Shown here: positions 36,942 to 42,476 of the stretch, piece after piece
Layout: the number at the start of each line of letters is the position of its first letter
Numbering within the stretch: position 1 is the first letter of the stretch
Assembly (NCBI GenBank): GCA_963842885.1
Contig: CAWJIE010000001.1
Location: forward strand, 1 to 42,476
DNA length: 42,476 nucleotides
From: an uncultured Nitrososphaerota archaeon
Lineage (GTDB): Archaea; Thermoproteota; Nitrososphaeria; Conexivisphaerales; DTJL01
Reading direction: 5' to 3'
Made by a program: the position numbers and the translations under genes
The notes under the pieces: model-generated
Seen by the model: only the letters and a program-made list of their open reading frames with translations
What the model was told of the DNA's origin: nothing
The model's database searches: none

Positions 36942-37702
36942 TCAAGCAAGAACTGATAAGGTCAGGGTGATCGCGTGGACCGTCCCGTCAATCCCCGCTG
37001 CCATGACCACGATGGTGTATGTGCCTGCCTGCGCGGAAGAGGATACGGAAACGGACATCGTCGAATTGGTGCCCGATGAAGATGGGACTACAGATGAGTC
37101 GCTGTAGCCTATCGTGACGCCCGGAGGCACATTAGACGATGAAAGCGTGACGGAGCAGTCATAGCCGTTAAGGGACGTGAGGGTGACGTTCACGGTATCC
37201 ATCACGCCGGCAGAGACCTGTTGCAGAATTAGGGCGTGTCGGCCATCTCGAAATCCGCGTTCGCTCCGCCGTCTGCGGCCGTAGGGCTCGTGGACGCCCA
37301 GTACGTGTCCCCAAGGCTCGTGACCACGCCCACCTGCGTACCTCCTTGCATGACGTAGGGAATGATAAGGGAGCCCAGCGGCGAGGTGCTTCCGCTCTCG
37401 GGCATGTAGGTGACCCGGCCCGTCGTCTCATCGAGGACCAACAACCCCACGACCTCGCTTGTAATGGACCCGTCGTTCGTCACCAGGACGCCGTTCGGCA
37501 ACGCCTGCACGCTGAGCGATTCGCTCATCCTGTCGCTCACAACCTGCTGCGCGCGGATGCCATTTTGGCTCAAAGAGACCTGCTGGGAGACGACAAGGCC
37601 CAAAAGGGAAAAGACGGCGATGGAGATGGCCACGAAGACGAGGGTCCCGACTACGGATGAGACACCCCTGTGGTGGAGCCGTCTGGGGACTCTGCCTTTC
37701 AA
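36942..37702 (-). CDS. Archaeal type IV pilin-like protein (frameshift near 37230)
   Basis: Class III signal peptide HRG|VSSVVGTLVFVAISIAVF. The Ser/Thr-rich Ig-like C-terminus (36942-37205) parallels that of the neighbouring gene. Confidence 0.7.
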
Positions 37703-37778
37703 TCGACCCTAGAGGAGCTGAGCCCTTTTAACAGAAGCGAGCGGGGAAGCCTGCGCCCTTCAGGGGTGAGAGCCTCGA

Positions 37779-38513
37779 TCAGGTTACCGTCAGGTAGAAG
37801 TTCGCAGTCTCGTGCAGGCCATCTGTCCCCACCCCGTTCACCACTATCGCATACGCCCCCGGGGCAGCCGAACAGGATACGTTCACCTCCATCACGGCAG
37901 TCCCTCCCAGAGGCGAAGGCCTGAACGATGAAGGGACGAAAGATACCGAAACGTTGCCGGGGACATTTGTGGCGTACAGCTGGACCGGGCACGAATAACC
38001 GTTGTACGATGTCAGGAGCAGGTCTGCCGCGGTGAGGTTTCCCGGCGCCGTCGAGGTCGAGCTGGGGGCCAGCGTGATCGAGTAGTACGCGTACGGGCCG
38101 GACGGGCTCACGGGGTAGACGCTCCCCACGGAAGTGAGAATCGAATAGGCCGTATCGTCGCCCTGCGACAGCGACAGAGTCAGCGCCTTTCCGGGCAGAA
38201 GGATGGAGGGGTCCGGCGTGAACTGGAGCTGGCCCGTGCCGTCGCTGACAGCCGCGATGCCCAGGACCTTTGCCGTCGTGGAGCCGTTGTTGAGTATGAG
38301 TATCGTGCCTCCCGGCAGGGTGAAGACGAGCAGCTGCTCCTCACGCATGTCGGTAAGCACCTTCTGGGCTGAGATCTCCGCCTGCTGGCCCGATATCCCG
38401 TAGAGGTTCATGGCGCTCACGGAGGCGAGGGCGAACAGCGACAAGAGGACGAACATGATCGTGGCGATCACGGTCGCAAGGGCCCTCTTCCTTCCCCTTT
38501 CCCTTCGCTTCAT
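37779..38513 (-). CDS. Archaeal type IV pilin-like protein with Ig-like domain
   Basis: RKRA|LATVIATIMFVLLSLFAL and ILNNGS. Paralogous to the flanking pilins. Confidence 0.75.
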   Translation of the reverse strand: MKRRERGRKRALATVIATIMFVLLSLFALASVSAMNLYGISGQQAEISAQKVLTDMREEQLLVFTLPGGTILILNNGSTTAKVLGIAAVSDGTGQLQFTPDPSILLPGKALTLSLSQGDDTAYSILTSVGSVYPVSPSGPYAYYSITLAPSSTSTAPGNLTAADLLLTSYNGYSCPVQLYATNVPGNVSVSFVPSSFRPSPLGGTAVMEVNVSCSAAPGAYAIVVNGVGTDGLHETANFYLTVT

Positions 38514-38847
38514 TACAGTCCAGCCACCACCAAGCCAGCTCAGATCCCATGATTTGAGTTCCGGTGCGTCTTCGGTTGTTGCCGAAGACAGACCTTCGAG
38601 GCATCTACTCTGAGGATTGCAGGCATCGTCTGGTTCCCCCTGACCTCTCCTTCTGCCATCGTAGTCGTAAGCGCATGAACCCTAGTCTTTTAACGGCGGG
38701 CCGGGCGCTCGTGGATCCGAACCGCACGGGCGTCGGGCGCGCTTGCCCTCCCTTCTCGTCTCTCCCGCCGGAGTGTCCTGCCTCCACCGTTTTTCTCTCG
38801 AGGCTCGTGGAAGGACTGCCGCACCGTGCCCAGCTTGGAACGGTATT

Positions 38848-39654
38848 CTATGCGCCCGTCGCCATCACGGAGCCTTGAACCGTAAACACGCTGCCGCCTT
38901 CAAACGTTGCTGTGATAGTGTATTGATAGCTGTAGCCTGCCACGACCACAGGCTTTGAGCTCCCGGAGCCCGAGCCGGCGCCGTAGAACGCTACAAGCGA
39001 GTCACCGCCATACAGGGTGATGGTGCCAGAGCTGGGCTCGGCGGACGGAACCGGAGGGTTCGGGAAGTCGAAGTGGTAGTAGGTGACATTCGTGAGGGAG
39101 TAGCCAGCCGGAACGTGAAACGTGTACGAATAGGATGTAGGGTATGACGAAGTATAGAACCCCTGGTTCCCGTCAGCCATGGCCTGCAACGCGTTCCAAG
39201 CATAGTCCACGCCGTCGACGGTGATGAGGACGCCGGGGACGGAGCCGTTCAGACCGCTCACCTCGAAGGTCGGTGGCATGAGAGCGAGAGGGTCGTATGT
39301 CACGACCGCCGTCATCCCAGGCGTCAGGGGATTGCCGGCGCTGATCAGCGGCGACCAGACCGGGGCCGGATTCAGCCCCGGGGTCTTGAGGTCCAGGCCC
39401 GCGAAGACCACATCCATGTTCGTAATGGGGAGCGAGCCCACGTTCTTGACGACGAGGACGAAGGTGTAGTTCGAATTGGCAGGTGCGATGAGCTGGGCGC
39501 TCTCGATGTCAACTATGGCCTTCAGCTGCTGGGTGGAGGCGGAGCTTTCAAACATGGAGAAGACAAGCAACCCCCCTGCGATCGTGATCGCTATCAGGAT
39601 GACCGTCGCCAGGATGGGCGACAGGGCACGACGCGCGCGTCTTGGGTGGAACAT
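38848..39654 (-). CDS. Archaeal type IV pilin / archaellin-like N-terminal domain protein
   Basis: RRA|LSPILATVILIAITIAGGLLV and VVKNVGS. Confidence 0.85.
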   Translation of the reverse strand: MFHPRRARRALSPILATVILIAITIAGGLLVFSMFESSASTQQLKAIVDIESAQLIAPANSNYTFVLVVKNVGSLPITNMDVVFAGLDLKTPGLNPAPVWSPLISAGNPLTPGMTAVVTYDPLALMPPTFEVSGLNGSVPGVLITVDGVDYAWNALQAMADGNQGFYTSSYPTSYSYTFHVPAGYSLTNVTYYHFDFPNPPVPSAEPSSGTITLYGGDSLVAFYGAGSGSGSSKPVVVAGYSYQYTITATFEGGSVFTVQGSVMATGA

Positions 39655-39673
39655 CGAATGGTCATGAAAAGCA

Positions 39674-39685
39674 TCGCTTTTAACG
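39674..39685 (-). promoter_or_regulatory. TATA-containing motif CGTTAAAAGCGA
   Basis: Exact 12-mer, 20 nt upstream of the pilin start at 39654. Confidence 0.6.
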
Positions 39686-39711
39686 GGCGAGCGCTTGTCA
39701 CGGCTGTCGCA

Positions 39712-40413
39712 TTACCAGAACCCTGGAAGGCCGGCTGACCCTGCCGGATCGACGAAGCCTACGTTGATGGCCTCGCCCTGGTAGGCGTAAAACACCACGG
39801 GGGAAGAAGAATTGGAGACGAACGTGGCGGCGTCGTATGTGACGTTGGGCACATAGTAGAAGTAGGGCACCGCATATGAGAGCACGACGCTTATGCTGCT
39901 GGAAGAGGACGTGTATTCCAGGCCGTTGACCACCACGAACCAGCTCGTTCCTGAAGGCAGGCCCGTCTCCTGGAAGGCGACCGCGCCGGTGGTGCTTCCC
40001 GGCGGAGGGCCAGGGCTGACCCAGAACGTGTTGCCCAGAGAAGTTATGACGCCTAGCCCTTCGCTGCTGGACACGGGGGGCTCCGTGACATCGGCGCATC
40101 CGCCCGGGCTTATCGTCTGCTGAAATGGGAAGAGGGACGACCCGCCCGTGTCGCTGTCGACGGCGATGAAATACTCGGCCTCGCTCGTAACGCTTCCGTT
40201 GTTCATGACCTCGATTACGCCTCCGGGGAGCGTGTATGCTCTAAGAAGCTCGTTCGTCCTGTCATTCACCATTTGACTTGTGGCGGCGGCGCTCTGGCTC
40301 AGACGCGCCTCATAGGCCATGACGACCCCCATCGCCGCAAGGGTGGAGAGCGACACGAAAAGGAAGAGCAGCGCGCCGATGGCCGTAGAAACGCCTCTGC
40401 GACGACGATGCAT
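39712..40413 (-). CDS. Archaeal type IV pilin-like protein with thermopsin-like C-terminal repeat
   Basis: RRG|VSTAIGALLFLFVSL and VAFQETGLPSGTSWFVVVNG. Confidence 0.78.
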   Translation of the reverse strand: MHRRRRGVSTAIGALLFLFVSLSTLAAMGVVMAYEARLSQSAAATSQMVNDRTNELLRAYTLPGGVIEVMNNGSVTSEAEYFIAVDSDTGGSSLFPFQQTISPGGCADVTEPPVSSSEGLGVITSLGNTFWVSPGPPPGSTTGAVAFQETGLPSGTSWFVVVNGLEYTSSSSSISVVLSYAVPYFYYVPNVTYDAATFVSNSSSPVVFYAYQGEAINVGFVDPAGSAGLPGFW

Positions 40414-40440
40414 TCGGTTTACCAGCTTACGGAGAAAGCC

Positions 40441-40452
40441 TCGCTTTTAACG
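40441..40452 (-). promoter_or_regulatory. TATA-containing motif CGTTAAAAGCGA
   Basis: Exact 12-mer, 28 nt upstream of the pilin start at 40413. Confidence 0.55.
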
Positions 40453-40515
40453 ATGAGATGACTCCGACTCAGTGTAAGAGGCAACCTGCTGGCATGACGA
40501 TTTCAGCCCAAGTTC

Positions 40516-41256
40516 CGTAGGAGGTACTTCACCTTCCTGGGCAGGGAGGGATGCGACATCCTGAAGGAGTATCTCGAGAGGAGGCTGCTCCAGGGGGAGG
40601 AGCTGACGCCCGACACCGGGATAATAGTGACGTCGCAGCTCCAGGCGAACAAGGCCAAGGCGGTCCGGGAGGCCCAGGAATCGTGGACGCGTCGCCGTTC
40701 CTGAGGACGATCAAGGTCGGTGACACTATCGGGAAGGCCATGCGCGCCGTGGCATCCCCTACAGGCCCTACGTCTGGAGGGCCTACTTCGACACGAACCT
40801 CATGCTCGCCGAAAGCAAGAGCCTGATCACGCACGCGTACCAGCAGTTCTTCATGGGCCACGTCGGCGACATAGAGGCCCAGTACACCACCAGCAAGAAC
40901 ACGTTGCCTGAGAGGGTCGTCGAAGACATGCGGAGGCCTACAAAAGGTCCCTGAACTCCTGCAGACCGGCAAGCCCGAAGGGAAGGAGCGAGGAGGAGCT
41001 CAAGATGTCGATCAAGAAGGAGCTGCTCCTGGTCGCGGGCTACACACAGGAGGACATGGCGAAGGTGGACCTCTCCAAGCTGGGCAGCGAGGAGGTGCAG
41101 AAGATGGTGAGGGACAAGCTCCTCGGAGGGACGACTCCCAACGGGAGAAAGCAGAAGATCGTCAAGGCGGATGAGATTGACAAGTACCTCGCAGAAGGCT
41201 GGGAGTTCGTCTTTGACCGGCCCAACGGGGACGCCATCCTGAAGGCACCAGCGTAA
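40516..41256 (+). pseudogene. Archaeal tyrosine integrase, C-terminal part (5'-truncated, frameshifted)
   Basis: Across frames: RRYFTFLGREGCDILKEYLERR...RPYVWRAYFDTNL...QFFMGHVGDIEAQYT, giving R...H...Y catalytic residues, then a C-terminal tail. Confidence 0.78.
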
Positions 41257-42476
41257 TCACGAATCTGCCTATAGGGCACTTGTCAGTTTTGGGAACCAAG
41301 TGCTTACACTCAATTATGTTTGGGATGAACCAGTTAATTGACGTTCCCGTTACGAATATATCGACACTAGATTTGGAACTTGGTTCAATGTGCTCCGACG
41401 GATTTCCGTTCAAGCATCCTTTGATGAATTCAGTTGTGTTCTTCGTGCCTAAGAAAGCGTAGTGCTTCCTTGATGGCACTCTTAGCTCTGAAGATCGTAT
41501 GCCGTAGATTTTGGGCTACGAGGAAAAAAAGAGACGCTTTCTTAGCACGAAGAACACGAACTGAATTCATCAAAGGATGCTTGAACGGAAATCCGTGCAG
41601 ACACATTGAACCAAGTTCCAATTCTCGTGTTGATATATTCGTAACGGGAACGTCAATTAACTGGTTAATAACTAACATAATTGAGTGTAAGCACTTGGTT
41701 CCCAAAACTGACAAGTGCCCTATAGGCAGATTCGTGATTACGCTGGTGCCTTCAGGATGGCGTCCCCATTAACCCGGTCAGCCTTCCACTCCAGCCTTCT
41801 GCGAGGTACTTGTCGATCTCATCCGCCTTGACGATCTTCTGCTTTCTCCCGTTAGGAGTAGTCGCTCCGAGGAGCTGTCCCTCACCATCCTCTGCACTTC
41901 TTCGCTGCCAAGCTTGGCGAGGTCCGCCTTCGCCATGTCCTCCTGCGTGTAGCCCGCGACCAGGAGGAGTTCCTTCTTGATCGACATCTTGAGCTCCTCC
42001 TCGCTCCTCCCTTTCGGGCTTGCCGGTCTAGAGGAGCTCAAAGGATCTCTTCTAGGCCTCTCGCATGTCTTGGGAGACCCTCTCAGGCAACGTGTTCTCT
42101 TCCTGGTGTGCTGGGCCCCTATGTCGCCCGACGCGGCCCATGAAGAACTGCTGGTACCGTACGTAATAGGCCCTTGCTTTCGGCGAGAGCATCATCCCAG
42201 GGTGAGAGGATACGATGTGGAGCCTGGCGGAACTTGTAGGTTGAAAATGGTCATCCCATTGGGTTCCCTCTTATGCTGAGTCGGACTCATCTCACCATTT
42301 AAGAGCATCGCTTCCCTCCGTAAGTTGGTAAGCCGGATCGTCGGTCCGTCGCAGAGGCGCCTTCTACGGCCATCGGCGCGCTGCTCTTCCTTTTCGTATC
42401 GCTCTCCCAGCCTACGGCGATGATGGCCATCCTCGCCTATGAGGCGCGTCTGAGCCAGAGCGCCGCCGCTACAAGT

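Larger units (their letters stand above)
5143..41256. mobile_element. Putative integrated archaeal conjugative element / genomic island (boundaries unconfirmed)
   Basis: tRNA at one end and integrase at the other, with ParB, MTase, PC4, a VirD4-like ATPase, pilins and many small ORFs between. No att repeat was found. Confidence 0.55.
40276..42476. repeat. Long imperfect inverted repeat (fold-back): arms 40276-41460 and 41534-42476, loop 41461-41533
   Basis: The right arm is the reverse complement of the left, with many substitutions and indels and a ~270-bp deletion of 40540-40800. Confidence 0.92.

Noticed and set aside
41490-41506. TCGTATGCCGT resembling an Illumina P7 adapter fragment in the fold-back loop
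   Set aside because: Only an 11-nt match with no flanking adapter sequence, so it cannot be distinguished from chance.
41534-42476. Second integrase and pilin copies as real paralogues
   Set aside because: They are the mirror image of 40276-41460 with frame-destroying errors.

Overview
The window joins two unrelated segments and ends in a fold-back. (1) 1-~3443 is bacterial housekeeping DNA: two cyclophilin PPIases, mdh and only the 3' end of icd with an internal 89-bp duplication, plus REP-like and heptamer repeats. (2) ~3444-41460 is archaeal, probably Nitrososphaerota-like (inference from gene content, TATA boxes and class III signal peptides). It begins with sfsA and a tRNA-Gly(CCC), followed by ~36 kb that looks like an integrated, probably conjugative element. 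That region holds GGCT, GNAT and nucleotidyltransferase cargo; a complete nurA-herA-mre11-rad50 operon; a Zn-ribbon/wHTH gene; and a ~330-nt densely structured non-coding segment. It also holds a long co-oriented operon (PC4-like ssDNA-binding protein, ParB, HTH-DNA methyltransferase, DUF6876-like protein, Hsp90-like GHKL ATPase and many small genes) and a candidate oriT. Further on are a 1032-aa VirD4/TraG-like ATPase fused to a wHTH + PD-(D/E)XK nuclease-like domain, its membrane partner, an AN1-CAP protein, four type IV pilin-like genes and a 5'-truncated tyrosine integrase. (3) 41534-42476 is a noisy inverted copy of 40276-41460. Many frameshifts, the cross-domain junction and the fold-back point to uncorrected long-read sequence. 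The most interesting candidates are the ATPase-nuclease fusion (a possible archaeal relaxase/coupling protein), the structured RNA or ssDNA element, and the DSB-resection operon embedded in accessory DNA. All family assignments are by motif recognition, not database search.
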